A stretch of DNA of 64,000 nucleotides from Asaia bogorensis. GTDB taxonomy: Bacteria; Pseudomonadota; Alphaproteobacteria; SHVZ01. The position numbers were made by a program, and so were the translations under genes. The stretch lies in assembly GCA_945897335.1 (NCBI GenBank), contig CAMDFP010000001.1, forward strand, positions 2,143 through 66,142, given 5' to 3'. Below, in pieces: positions 31,915 to 41,857 of this stretch (position 1 is its first letter; every line of letters starts with the position of its first letter). The notes under the pieces are model-generated. The model searched no databases and had not been told where the DNA came from. It worked only from the letters and a program-made list of their open reading frames with translations.

Positions 31915-33338
31915 GGAACCCTTCGAGCAGGAACAGGTGATGGGTGCGGTCGACGTCGCGGTAGAGCGGCCGGCCGGCGGTGCCGAGCGGCGTCACCTTG
32001 GCGAAGCGCGAGGTGACGTCGTCGGGGTTGCGGGTCGGCGTCGCCAGCAGGACGGGCGCGGAGGCATGGTCGCGGAGATCGGCGGTCAGGTCCCAGTGGT
32101 CGCGGATGCGGCCCGACGGGTTCCACTTGGCCCAGGCCTTGGGGCGGGCCCAGTAGATCATCGTCGCCAGGTCCATGCGGTCTTCCATCAAGAGGACCGC
32201 GCCCGGATGCCGTTCCAGCTCGCGCGCGACGTCGCGGCCGAGCGATCGCCAGCCTTCAAGCCGCTTGTATGGATCGGTGCGGCCGGTGAGCTCGATGCCG
32301 GCGAGACGCGCGAAGCGGTGGTAGTCCGCCATGACGACGGCCCCGGCGAGATGCATGGCGAAGGCGGTCATGAGGAGCCAGGCGCGGCCGCGCCCGATCG
32401 CCCAGGCCACCACCAGCACCGTCGCCGAGACATAGAGCGGTGCCGCCCAGTTGGCGTTGGCGCGCGACAGGAAGGCGACGACCACCATCATCAGGGCGAG
32501 CGGCAGGAACACGGAGAGGAGCAGCCGCGAGCGCCGGTCGGCGAAAAGCAGCCACGGCCGGGCCAGCGCCACGAGAAGGATGGCGAAGGGGATCGGCCCG
32601 AAGACGCCGAACTGGCTCAGGATGAATTCGACGCCCTTGAACGGGCTGGACAGGGCACCTGAGAGATTGGCGTTGTCGGCGGTGTGGCGATAGCTGACGA
32701 AGCTGTGCTGCAGGTTCCAGATCAGGTTCGGCAGATAGATGAGGAACGCGATCGCCGCCGCCAGTACCGGCCCCTGCCAGGAAAGCCGCCGGCGCTCTTC
32801 GGGGCTCACAAGGAAGAACAGCGCCAGGCCCACCGGGAACATCATCATGGCGTATTTCGCCAGCGTGCCCAGGCCGACGACGAGGCCGAGCAGGATCCAC
32901 CAGCGCGTCTCCCCGCTCTCGCCCAGGCGCACGCCGGCATAGAGCGCCGCCGACCAGAACAGCAGCAGGAACGGGTCGGTCGAGATCAGCTGCGAGGAGA
33001 GGAAGACCCCGGGCAGGGTCACGTAGATGAGCGCCGACCAGACGCCGACGCGCTCGCCATAGAGCCGGCGGCCGGCGGCGAAGAGGATGAGCGCGGTGAG
33101 GCCGTGCGCGACCGGCGAGGCGACACGCACGCCGAAGGTGCCGTCGCCGAAGATGTGCGTGGTGACGCCGATGATCCAGGCGACCAGAGGCGGCTTCGAG
33201 TAGTAGCCGAGATCGGGAGTGAGCGACCACACCCAGTACTGGGCCTCGTCGCCGGAAAGATCGAAGCGGTCCTGGGCCAGCACCCAGATGCGGACCAGCG
33301 TGGCGAGGGCGACGAGGGCGAGGGCGAGGCCCCCCACC
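31895..33338 (-). CDS. ArnT/PMT_2-type GT-C glycosyltransferase (undecaprenyl-phosphate-sugar:lipid A/glycan transferase)
   Basis: N-terminal DEAQYW motif followed by more than 10 TM helices. The track's 741-aa ORF has a P/R-rich N-terminus that reads through a repeat element. I propose the GTG at 33338 (VGGLALALVALATLVRIWV…), which uses GGGAGGG of the repeat as a Shine-Dalgarno sequence; the start is uncertain. Confidence 0.7.
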
Positions 33339-33420
33339 CTAACCCTCCCCCACGAAGGGGGGAGGGGATACGACGCCTCGTACCCCCTCCCCCTTGATGG
33401 GGGAGGGAGGGGTGGGGGTG
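33332..33420. repeat. nested-palindrome intergenic repeat (GGGGAGGG/CCCTCCCC type), copy 1
   Basis: The near-palindromic outer arm CCCCCACCCTAACCCTCCCCC (33332..33352) has its partner GGGGGAGGGAGGGGTGGGGG at 33400..33419; inner hairpins and a central GATACGACGCCTCGTAC lie between them. Related copies sit at 50821, 53427 and (divergent) 38885. Confidence 0.7.
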
Positions 33421-33432
33421 ATCCGCTGGCCG

Positions 33433-33714
33433 TCACGCCGCCTCGGCCTGGCGCTCGCGGTAGATGAGCCAGAGGTTGCGGGCATAGACGACGAGGCCGC
33501 CGGCTTGCCCGGCAATGATCACCGGATCCATGCGGTGGATGGCGTAGGCCAACAGCGTCACGCCGCCGAGAACCGAGAAGATCCAGAAACCGAGGGGAAT
33601 GATGCTGCGTCCCACCTTCTCGCTCATCACCCATTGGATGAGGAAGCGGGCCGAGAACAGCGCCTGGCCGGCGAAGCCGATCGCCAGCCAGATCGGCTCG
33701 ATGTCGAAGCTCAT
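33433..33714 (-). CDS. small membrane protein, lipid-A-biosynthesis N-terminal (LAB_N) domain family
   Basis: 93 aa with 3 TM helices. It is adjacent to, and coupled with, the GT2 stop. Confidence 0.6.
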   Translation of the reverse strand: MSFDIEPIWLAIGFAGQALFSARFLIQWVMSEKVGRSIIPLGFWIFSVLGGVTLLAYAIHRMDPVIIAGQAGGLVVYARNLWLIYRERQAEAA

Positions 33715-34431
33715 TTAGGTCTCTTCTCTCGCGTCGATGGGAAGGCGGGAGCGGCGGATCAGCCACCATACGCCGAGGAGGTCGAGCAGGCCGGCGCGAA
33801 GCCGGCCGAGATTGGTGTAGTTGGATTGCCCCGCCCCGCGCGGGCGATGGTTGACCGGCACCGACACCACGCGGGCGCCGTGACGGCGGGCCAGCGCCGG
33901 AAGGAAGCGGTGCATATGGTCGAAATAGGGGAGCTCGAGGAAAAGCTCGCGGCGGAAGATCTTGATGCCGCAGCCCGAGTCCGGGGTCTCGTCCTTGAGC
34001 AGGCCGCCCCGGATTCGGTTGGCGAGGCGCGACGCGATCTTCTTGGATGCCGTGTCTTTCCGCTGGACCCGGTGGCCGGCGACCATGTCGGGCCGGGGCT
34101 CGACGTCCAGCCTCGCCCACATGGCCGGCAGGTCGGCCGGGTCGTTCTGGCCATCGCCGTCGAGGGTGGCGATCCAGGCCCCCTTCGCCCGCCTGACCCC
34201 GGTCCAGACCCCGGCGCTCTGGCCACGATTGGCAGCATGGCGGATCACACGGAGCCGCGGCAGGCGGGATTTGGCCGCCTTTAGCCTCTCTAAGGTGGCG
34301 TCCGACGATCCATCATCAACCACCAGTATCTCGAAATCGAAACGGCCGGCCAGGGCCGCCTCGACCTCGTCGACCAGGGGCACGATGTTGTCGGCCTCGT
34401 TCTTGACCGGAATGACGACGGAGAGCTGCAT
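33715..34431 (-). CDS. GT2 polyprenyl-phosphate glycosyltransferase (ArnC/DPM1-like)
   Basis: LSVVIPVKNEADNI, the VVDDGSSD DxD-type motif, and a C-terminal TM. The chosen start is MQLSVVIPV at 34431; the track's 34488 start is possible. Confidence 0.85.
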   Translation of the reverse strand: MQLSVVIPVKNEADNIVPLVDEVEAALAGRFDFEILVVDDGSSDATLERLKAAKSRLPRLRVIRHAANRGQSAGVWTGVRRAKGAWIATLDGDGQNDPADLPAMWARLDVEPRPDMVAGHRVQRKDTASKKIASRLANRIRGGLLKDETPDSGCGIKIFRRELFLELPYFDHMHRFLPALARRHGARVVSVPVNHRPRGAGQSNYTNLGRLRAGLLDLLGVWWLIRRSRLPIDAREET

Positions 34432-34543
34432 CGGATGCTGCGGGTCTGGGGCGGCCCGGCTTGTCGCATGACGGCCCCGGGATGACAACCGCGGCCAGCC
34501 TTGCCTTGCGGTTGTTCAGGCAACGGTCTACTGTCCATTTATT

Positions 34544-34804
34544 GTGAGTGTCCAGCTTCCCCAGGCCCCGCCGCCGATTCCGCAGGTGAGTGCGTTCACT
34601 GCGCGTCCGGTGGAAGTGCGCGAGCCCGCCGCCCGCACGGTGACGCGGACGGCCGTCGGCTCCTCGCGCGAGGCGCAGGAAAACCGCGACGATCGCAACA
34701 ACCGCGCCGAGACGACCGAGAACAACCGCGTCGCCGACCAGTCGCGCTCGGTACGATCCGCCCCCCGCGGCGGCCGCGGCGCCAACGTCGACATCGAAGC
34801 GTAA
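34544..34804 (+). CDS. small highly charged hypothetical protein (86 aa)
   Basis: GTG start, about 88 % GC3 (coding-like), followed 30 nt downstream by an intrinsic terminator. No homology is recognised. Confidence 0.35.
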   Translation: MSVQLPQAPPPIPQVSAFTARPVEVREPAARTVTRTAVGSSREAQENRDDRNNRAETTENNRVADQSRSVRSAPRGGRGANVDIEA

Positions 34805-34834
34805 GGCTTCCCTCTCCCCCTCGACGACGGCCCG

Positions 34835-34858
34835 GCCCTCCCCGACGGAGGGCTTTTT
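34835..34858 (+). terminator. rho-independent terminator
   Basis: GCCCTCC-ccgac-GGAGGGC hairpin (7-bp stem) followed by TTTTT. Confidence 0.6.
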
Positions 34859-34888
34859 CATGTCAACCTCTCGTGCCCATCGAGGCGA

Positions 34889-35410
34889 TCAACCCGTCGA
34901 CCGTCGGATCTTGAACCGCAGGATGGGGCCGTTCCAGGCGGCGGAGCTGTGCTCGGTCTCCTCGACATTCTCGACCCGCGGATGGCGCCTGACCGCGTTC
35001 CGCCAGAACACCAGCGCGCCGACGTTCTTTCGCGCCACCGCCGCCTCCCATTGGCCCGGATAGCCGCTGAAGATCGCGGTCGCGGCGACGGTCCCGACCC
35101 CGTCCCGCCGGTATTTCCGGACGATGAAGAATTCGGCCATGTTGCGGTCGATGGGAAGGCCGCTGTGCGAAGACGCGTTCAGCAGCGCGAATCCGATCAG
35201 GTTGCCACCGAGCCTCAGCAGCAGCGGGACATGGCCCGCGTCGCGCCAATAGGCATCCAGCGGATAGGGCTCGAACCGGCCGTCGCTCGCGAGTTCGCCC
35301 TTCGACGTCCTGGCCCAGTGCTCGGAGAAGTCGTGGACGTAGAGCTGCATCAGGTTCTCGAGCGTCGCCCGCTCACCGGGCCCCGCGACCGCTGCATCGA
35401 AATCGGCCAT
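34889..35410 (-). CDS. GNAT family N-acetyltransferase
   Basis: GNAT acetyl-CoA binding block (…FIVRKYRRDGVGTVAATAIF…). The ATG at 35410 has GAGGGCGGGG upstream. Confidence 0.7.
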   Translation of the reverse strand: MADFDAAVAGPGERATLENLMQLYVHDFSEHWARTSKGELASDGRFEPYPLDAYWRDAGHVPLLLRLGGNLIGFALLNASSHSGLPIDRNMAEFFIVRKYRRDGVGTVAATAIFSGYPGQWEAAVARKNVGALVFWRNAVRRHPRVENVEETEHSSAAWNGPILRFKIRRSTG

Positions 35411-35478
35411 ATCCCCGCCCTCGTCTTGCTCGCGGAGGCTTGTCGCCGGCCCAGCGCTCCGGCGCAAGGGCGGCGGCG

Positions 35479-36543
35479 TCAGCCCTTCGCCGCCTCGCGT
35501 CTCTCACGCGCCAGGAGCGCTTCCTTCCGCTTCGCCCCCCAACGATATCCCCCGACCTGGCCGTCGTCGCGCACCACCCGATGGCAGGGAACGACCAGCG
35601 GCACCGGGTTGGCGGCGCAGGCGTTGGCCACGGCGCGGACGGCCTTCGGATTGCCGATGCGCGCCGCCACGTCCTTGTAGCTGGCGGTCGTGCCGGCGGG
35701 GATGCGCTGCAGTTCCTGCCAGACGCGGCGCTGGAAGGCGGTCGCGCGCACGTCGAGCGGCAGCGAGAGATGCGGCAGCTTGCCGGAGAGGTGGCGGACG
35801 ATCGGCTCGACGAAGGCGCCGAGACCGGATTCGTCGCGGCTCAACGAGGCGCCGGGGAACTCGCTCTGGAGTGCGCGGGAGAGAACGCCCTCGTCGTCGC
35901 CGAGCGCGATCATGCAGACGCCGCGCGCGGTCGCCGCCACCAGGAGCAGGTCGAGCGGCGATTTCCGGATGGCGAAGCGGACCGCCTCGCCGACGCCGCC
36001 CTTGCGATATCGCGCCGGCGTCATGCCGAGCTCGGCCTGGGCCTTCTCGTAGAGACGGCTGGCGGAGCCGTAGCCGGCGCCGTACATGGCCTGGGCCACC
36101 GGCTCGCCCTTCTTCAGGTCGGCCTTCAGCCGCTCGACGCGCCGGGCCTCGCCATAGGCGCGCGGGCTGACGCCGACGATCTCGGTGAAGAGGCGCTGCA
36201 GGTGGTGCGGGCTCATGCCCACCGTCCGGCCGAGCGTCGGCAGCGTCGGGATGCTGTCGGCCGCATCGATGGCGCGGGCGGCCTTCCGGACCGCTGCCAT
36301 GCGCGGATCTGCGGCCTCCGCCCGGTCGGGCCGGCAGCGCTTGCAGGCCCGGTAGCCGGCATGAGCGGCCGCCTCCGGCACCGGATAGAAGCGGACATTC
36401 TCCCGCTTCGGCCGGCGCGCCGGGCATGACGGCTTGCAGTAGATGCCGGTCGAGGTGACGGCGACGACGAAGCTGCCGTCGGCGTCGGCGTCGCGGGCCT
36501 CGAACTGGGTCCAGAGCTGGTTCGAATCCATGGCGGTCTCCAT
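35479..36543 (-). CDS. ada: bifunctional Ada: AraC-type regulator plus methylated-DNA-protein-cysteine methyltransferase
   Basis: N-terminal Ada Zn cluster (CKPSCPARRP…CKRC) and AraC HTH. The C-terminal PCHRVV active site is present. Confidence 0.9.
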   Translation of the reverse strand: METAMDSNQLWTQFEARDADADGSFVVAVTSTGIYCKPSCPARRPKRENVRFYPVPEAAAHAGYRACKRCRPDRAEAADPRMAAVRKAARAIDAADSIPTLPTLGRTVGMSPHHLQRLFTEIVGVSPRAYGEARRVERLKADLKKGEPVAQAMYGAGYGSASRLYEKAQAELGMTPARYRKGGVGEAVRFAIRKSPLDLLLVAATARGVCMIALGDDEGVLSRALQSEFPGASLSRDESGLGAFVEPIVRHLSGKLPHLSLPLDVRATAFQRRVWQELQRIPAGTTASYKDVAARIGNPKAVRAVANACAANPVPLVVPCHRVVRDDGQVGGYRWGAKRKEALLARERREAAKG

Positions 36544-36872
36544 GGCCTATACCTAGGGGCCCCTGGCCCCCTTAGCTATCCGATGCTTGCGCCGAATAGG
36601 TCTTCTTTGGTGTCACGCAACCGTCATAAGATGGCAAGAGCCGCGCCACAAAAAGGCCGCATAACAAGGGCCGACCAGGCCGCACTCTAGGGAGACATGC
36701 TCATGATATCTCGCCGGAACATCATCGCCGCCCTCACCGGAGCCGTCTTCGGGCTCTCGGCCGGCGCCGCCAGCGCCCAGACCGAGATCCAGTGGTGGCA
36801 CGCCATGGGCGGCAACCTCGGAGATGCGGTCAACGCGCTGGCCGACCAGTTCAACAAGGAGCAGAAAGACTA

Positions 36873-37720
36873 GGGCGTGTCCTCAATTAGAGGATTCCCA
36901 AGAGTAGAGATGCGTGATTCATAGGAGGTCGGCCTGAAGGGGGGGCTGACCGATGCGACGTTATGGCTTGCGTGATGACCAGTGGGATCGGATCAAGGAT
37001 TTGCTGCCCGGTCGCGCGGGGCATGTCGGGGTGACGGCGAAGGACAACCGGCTGTTCATCGAGGCGGTGCTGTATCGGTATCGTGCCGGCGTTCCGTGGC
37101 GTGACCTTCCGGAACGGTTCGGCGATTGGAAGGCTGTGCATACGCGGTTCACCCGATGGGGTGAGGGCGACGTCTGGGCGCGGGTCTTCCGGCACTTGAG
37201 CAGCGAGACCGACAACGAGTACGCGATGATCGACAGCACCATCGTGCGCGCTCACCAGCACAGCGCCGGCGCGCCAAAAAAAACGGCGCAGACGAAGCGA
37301 TCGGGCGCAGCAAAGGCGGGTTGAGCACGAAGATCCACGCGCTGGTCGACGCGCTCGGCAACCCGATCGGGTTCCTGCTCACCCCTGGACAGGCGCATGA
37401 CCTGGCGGGTGCTGACGCGCTTCTGCCGCTGGTCGTCGCCGACATCGTGATCGCCGACAAGGCGTTCGATGCCGATGCCCGCGTGATCGAACCGCTTGCC
37501 GCCGCCAATAAGATCGCCGTCATCCCGCCGAAGAGCAACCGCACGACGCCGCGTCAATATGATAAAGAACTCTACAAAGCTCGGCATCTCATCGAAAATT
37601 TCTTCTGCAAGCTCAAGCAGTTCCGAGCCATCGCCACGCGCTACGACAAACGTGCCAGAAACTTCCTCGCCGCAATCTATCTGGCCTCGATCGCCATTTG
37701 GCTTAATTGAGGACACGCCC
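36873..37720 (+). mobile_element. IS5-family (IS427-group) insertion sequence, 848 bp, TA target duplication
   Basis: Terminal inverted repeats GGGCGTGTCCTCAATTAG (36873..36890) and CTTAATTGAGGACACGCCC (37702..37720), flanked by TA at 36871-72 and 37721-22. Confidence 0.85.
36953..37710 (+). CDS. IS5/IS427-type transposase, orfA-orfB with programmed -1 frameshift
   Basis: orfA 36953..37324 (MRRYGLRDDQWDRIKDLLPG…) and orfB to 37710 (…KSNRTTPRQYDKELYKARHLIENFFCKLKQFRAIATRYDKRA, a DDE-transposase C-terminus). The slippery A8 run is at 37276..37283. Confidence 0.85.
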
Positions 37721-38884
37721 TACAAGGTAAACGCTGTCTTCAAGGGCTCGTACACCGAGACCCTGACCGCGGCGACCGCGGCCTTCCGCGCCAAGCAGGG
37801 CCCGCACATCGTCCAGGTGTTCGAGGTCGGCACCGCCAGCATGATGGCGGCCAAGGGCGCGGTCTATCCGGTCCACCAGCTGATGGCCGACACCAAGGAG
37901 AAGTTCGACCCGAAGAGCTTCATCGGCCCGGTCTACGGCTACTACTCGACCACCGACGGCAAGCTCCTGTCGATGCCGTTCAACTCCTCGACCCCGGTGT
38001 TCTACCGGAACAAGGAGATGATGAAGAAGGCCGGGCTCGATCCGGAGAAGGCGCCGGCGACCTGGCCGGAGCTGATCGAGATGTCGAAGAAGGTCGTGGC
38101 CTCCGGCGCCAAGTGCGGCTTCACCTCGCAGTGGCAGACCTGGGCCTTGATCGAGAACTTCGGCGCGCTGCATAACCTGCCCTACGCCACCAAGGCCAAC
38201 GGCTTCGGCGGCGCCGACATCGAGCTGAAGTTCAACAGCCCGAACCACGTCAAGCACATCCAGGCGCTGCTCGACATGACCAAGGACAAGTCCATGGTCT
38301 ATGGCGGCCGCGAGGGCAAGTCGACGGCGCTGTTCACCGCCGGCGATTGCGCCTTCCACATCGCCTCCTCGGCGACCGCGTCGGCGATCGACAAGGCGCT
38401 CGGCGCCGGCACCGCCGGCATCTCGATGATGCCCTACTGGCCCGACATCAAGGCCAAGCCGCAGAACTCGATCATCGGCGGCGCCACCCTCTGGGTGCTT
38501 AAGGACAAGCCGAAGGCCGATTATGTCGGCGTCGCCAAGTTCCTGACCTTCCTCTCCCGCGCCGACATCCAGGCGAAATGGCACCAGGAGACGGGCTACG
38601 TTCCCGTCACCATCGCCGCCGCCGAGATGACCGCCAAGGCCGGCTTCTACGAGAAGAATCCCGGCCGCGACATCGCGGTGAAGCAGCTCGAGCTCAACCC
38701 GCCGACCGAGAACTCGAAGGGTCTCCGCATCGGCAACTTCGTGCAGATCCGCGACGTGGTCGACGAGGAGCTGGAAGCGGTTTGGGCCGGCACGAAGACT
38801 CCCAAGGTCGCGCTCGACGACGCGGTCAAGCGCGGCAACGAGCTGATCAAGCGCTTCGTCGCCGCCAACAAGTAAGGCAATTCA

Positions 38885-39023
38885 GCCCCCTCTCCCGGCG
38901 AAGCCGGGGGAGGGTTGGGGAGGGGGCGCGAGCAAGGCGAGCGGTGCGGACGTAGCGAGAAGAGGCTCGCTTCGCTCGCGCCCCCTCCCCTCCCTCCCCC
39001 GCGCTACGCGCGGGAGAGGGGGC
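38885..39023. repeat. nested-palindrome intergenic repeat, divergent copy
   Basis: Outer arms GCCCCCTCTCCCG…CGGGAGAGGGGGC. Inner arms GGGGGAGGGTTGGGGAGGGGGCGCGAGC / GCTCGCGCCCCCTCCCCTCCCTCCCCC. It lies between ugpB and ugpA. Confidence 0.6.
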
Positions 39024-39060
39024 AAGAAGCCATCAACGGATGATCCAGCAGCCCTGAACG

Positions 39061-39942
39061 ATGGAAAAGCGCGTCACCTTCGATCAGAAGACGCTGCCCT
39101 ATCTGCTGGTCCTGCCGCAGATCATCATCACCATCGTCTTCTTCTTCTGGCCGTCGGGACAGGCGATCTGGCAGTCGATGCTGCTGGAGGACGCCTTCGG
39201 CGGCAACACTCAGTTCGTCTGGTTCGAGAACTTCGAGGCGCTGTTCAGCGAAGCCGCCTATTTCAACTCGGCGCTGCTGACACTGGGATTCAGCGCCGCG
39301 GTCGCCGGGCTCGGCCTTGCCTTCTCGCTGCTGCTGGCGGTGATGGCGGATCGCATCATCCACGGCGCCGGCATCTACAAGACCTTCCTGGTGTGGCCCT
39401 ACGCGGTCGCGCCCGCCGTCGCCGGCGTGCTGTGGGGCTTTCTCTTCAACCCCTCGGTCGGCATCGTCGCCTGGGCGCTCAAGGTGGTGGGCTACGAGTT
39501 CAACTACGTCCTCAACGGCGGCCAGGCGCTGCTGCTGGTCGTCCTCGCCGCGGTCTGGGGCCAGGTGAGCTACAACTTCCTCTTCTTCCTCGCAGGCCTG
39601 CAGTCGATCCCGAAGTCGCTGATCGAGGCGGCCGCGATCGACGGCGCCGGGCCCGGCCGGCGGTTCTGGACCATCATCTTTCCGCTCTTGTCGCCGACCG
39701 GCTTCTTCCTGCTGGTGGTCAACGTCATCTACGCCTTCTTCGGCACCTTCGGCGTCGTCGACGCGCTGACCAAAGGCGGCCCCGCCAAGGCGACCGAGAT
39801 CCTGGTCTTCAAGGTCTACAACGACGGCTTCCGCGGCGGCGACCTCGGCAGCTCGGCGGCACAGTCGGTGATCCTGATGGCCGTGGTGATCCTGCTCACC
39901 GTCGTCCAGTTCCGCTTCATCGAGCGGAAAGTCCATTACTGA
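39061..39942 (+). CDS. ugpA: sn-glycerol-3-phosphate ABC transporter permease UgpA
   Basis: 6-TM MalF-type permease with the EAA loop ([14 protein letters not shown]). Confidence 0.9.
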   Translation: MEKRVTFDQKTLPYLLVLPQIIITIVFFFWPSGQAIWQSMLLEDAFGGNTQFVWFENFEALFSEAAYFNSALLTLGFSAAVAGLGLAFSLLLAVMADRIIHGAGIYKTFLVWPYAVAPAVAGVLWGFLFNPSVGIVAWALKVVGYEFNYVLNGGQALLLVVLAAVWGQVSYNFLFFLAGLQSIPKSLIEAAAIDGAGPGRRFWTIIFPLLSPTGFFLLVVNVIYAFFGTFGVVDALTKGGPAKATEILVFKVYNDGFRGGDLGSSAAQSVILMAVVILLTVVQFRFIERKVHY

Positions 39943-39946
39943 GGGC

Positions 39947-40798
39947 ATGATGGTCGAGAACAGGCCCTGGCTCACGATCCTCAGCCATTTCGTCGTCATC
40001 GTCGGCGTGCTGATCATCGCCTTTCCGGTGTGGATGACCTTCGTCGCATCCACCCATGACGCCGGGACGATGCTGCGCTCGCCGGTGCCGCTGCTGCCCG
40101 GGCCCTACCTGATCCAGAACTACACCGAGGTCCTGACCCAGGGTTACGCCCGCGCCGGCGCCGTCCCGCTCACCACCGCCTTGATGAACAGCCTGGTGAT
40201 GGCGCTCGGCATCTGCATCGGCAAGATCGCCATCTCGATCATCGCCGCCTTCGCCATCGTCTATTTCCGCTTTCCGTTCCGGATGTGGTTCTTCTGGGCG
40301 ATCTTCGTCACCCTGATGCTGCCGGTCGAGGTGCGCATCGTGCCCACCTACGGCGTCGTCGCCGGGCTCGGCATGATCGACACCTATTCAGGGCTGATCA
40401 TCCCGCTGATCGCCTCCGCGACGGCAACGTTCCTGTTCCGCCAGTTCTTCTTGAGCGTGCCGGACGAGCTCGCCGAGGCGGCCCGCGTCGACGGCGCCGG
40501 CCCGATGCGCTTCTTCTTCGACATCCTGCTGCCGATGAGCCGGACCACGATCGCAGCATTGTTCGTGATCCAGTTCATCTACGGCTGGAACCAGTACCTC
40601 TGGCCGCTGCTGGTCACCAACAGCGAGGGCTTCTACACCGCGGTGATGACGGTGGCGCGCCAGGCGACCGCCGTCGACGCCACGCCGAGCTGGAACCTGA
40701 TCATGGCGATGGCGATGCTCGCCATGCTGCCGCCGGTGCTGGTGGTGATGTTCATGCAGCGCCTGTTCGTGCGCGGACTCGTCGAGGCGGAGAAATAG
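39947..40798 (+). CDS. ugpE: sn-glycerol-3-phosphate ABC transporter permease UgpE
   Basis: MalG-type permease with the EAA loop (EAARVDGAGPMRFF). Confidence 0.9.
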   Translation: MMVENRPWLTILSHFVVIVGVLIIAFPVWMTFVASTHDAGTMLRSPVPLLPGPYLIQNYTEVLTQGYARAGAVPLTTALMNSLVMALGICIGKIAISIIAAFAIVYFRFPFRMWFFWAIFVTLMLPVEVRIVPTYGVVAGLGMIDTYSGLIIPLIASATATFLFRQFFLSVPDELAEAARVDGAGPMRFFFDILLPMSRTTIAALFVIQFIYGWNQYLWPLLVTNSEGFYTAVMTVARQATAVDATPSWNLIMAMAMLAMLPPVLVVMFMQRLFVRGLVEAEK

Positions 40799-40801
40799 GG
40801 C

Positions 40802-41857
40802 ATGGCCGAGGTTACGCTCAAGGACGTGCGCAAGAGCTACGGCAACAACCAGGTGATCCACGGGGTCAGCTGCGCCATCGCCGACGGCGAGTTCGTGGTC
40901 ATCGTCGGTCCCTCGGGCTGCGGCAAGTCGACCCTGCTCCGCATGGTCGCGGGCCTGGAGAAGATCACCGGCGGCGAGATCACCATCGGCGATCGCGTCG
41001 TCAACGATCTGGAGCCCAAGGACCGCGACATCGCCATGGTGTTCCAGAACTACGCGCTCTACCCGCACATGTCGGTCTACGACAACATGGCCTATGGGCT
41101 CCGCATCCGCGGCATGAGCAAGGCCGAGATCGAGACCCGGGTGCAGAAGGCGGCCGCCACGCTCGAGCTCGGCCCCTTCCTCGCCCGCCAGCCGCGCCAG
41201 CTCTCCGGCGGCCAGCGCCAGCGCGTCGCCATGGGCCGTGCCATCGTGCGCGAGCCGAAGGCCTTCCTGTTCGACGAGCCGCTCTCCAACCTCGACGCCA
41301 AGCTTCGCGTGCAGATGCGGGTTGAGATCAAGAAGCTGCAGCGCGCGCTCGCCGTCACCTCGATCTACGTGACGCATGATCAGGTGGAAGCCATGACTAT
41401 GGCCGACCGGCTGATCGTGATGAACAAGGGTGTCGCCGAGCACATCGGCACGCCGATCGACGTCTATGCAGAACCGGCGACCCTCTATGTCGCCGGCTTC
41501 ATCGGCTCGCCGTCGATGAACTTCCTGACGTCGCGGGTAGAACCCGACGGGTCGCTGAAGCTGGACGGTGCCGCGATCATGCCGACGGCGAGACTCGATC
41601 CCGGCCGCGCCGTCACCATCGGCATCCGGCCCGAGCATCTGGTTCCGGGCGGCGACCTCGACATCCTGGTGGAACTGGTCGAGCTGCTCGGCGCCGACAC
41701 CCTCGTCCATGGCCGCCTCTCCGACGGCAACGCCCTGATCGTGCGCCTGCCGGGAAGCCAGGTGCCCAAGGCCGGCGACCGCATGCCGTTCCACGCGCCG
41801 CAAGGCGCCTGGCATCTGTTCGACACCGAGACCGGCAAACGCCTGGGGACTGCCTGA
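40802..41857 (+). CDS. ugpC: sn-glycerol-3-phosphate ABC transporter ATP-binding protein UgpC
   Basis: Walker [18 protein letters not shown] signature, and a MalK-like C-terminal regulatory domain. Confidence 0.9.
   Translation: MAEVTLKDVRKSYGNNQVIHGVSCAIADGEFVVIVGPSGCGKSTLLRMVAGLEKITGGEITIGDRVVNDLEPKDRDIAMVFQNYALYPHMSVYDNMAYGLRIRGMSKAEIETRVQKAAATLELGPFLARQPRQLSGGQRQRVAMGRAIVREPKAFLFDEPLSNLDAKLRVQMRVEIKKLQRALAVTSIYVTHDQVEAMTMADRLIVMNKGVAEHIGTPIDVYAEPATLYVAGFIGSPSMNFLTSRVEPDGSLKLDGAAIMPTARLDPGRAVTIGIRPEHLVPGGDLDILVELVELLGADTLVHGRLSDGNALIVRLPGSQVPKAGDRMPFHAPQGAWHLFDTETGKRLGTA

Larger units (their letters stand above)
36703..38875 (+). pseudogene. ugpB: sn-glycerol-3-phosphate ABC transporter substrate-binding protein UgpB, interrupted by an IS element
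   Basis: The 5' part (36703..36872: MISRRNIIAALTG…WWHAMGGNLGDAVNALADQFNKEQKD) and the 3' part (37721..38875: YKVNAVFKGSYTETL…) rejoin in frame when the IS and one TA copy are removed. The joined sequence is strongly similar to E. coli UgpB. In the current state TAG follows codon 56. Confidence 0.85.

Noticed and set aside
33219-33467. ORFs translating to PLPHEGGRGY(E/D)ASYPLP-type peptides (also inside the 31895..34120 and 50859..52790 track ORFs)
   Set aside because: These are read-throughs of the GGGGAGGG nested-palindrome repeats. The same peptide appears wherever the repeat occurs, which is a DNA-level feature and not a protein.
34316-34861. 181-aa minus-strand ORF overlapping the small plus-strand ORF and the terminator
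   Set aside because: Its translation is low-complexity R/G/A-rich. The plus-strand ORF has better GC3 periodicity and a downstream terminator in its own orientation.
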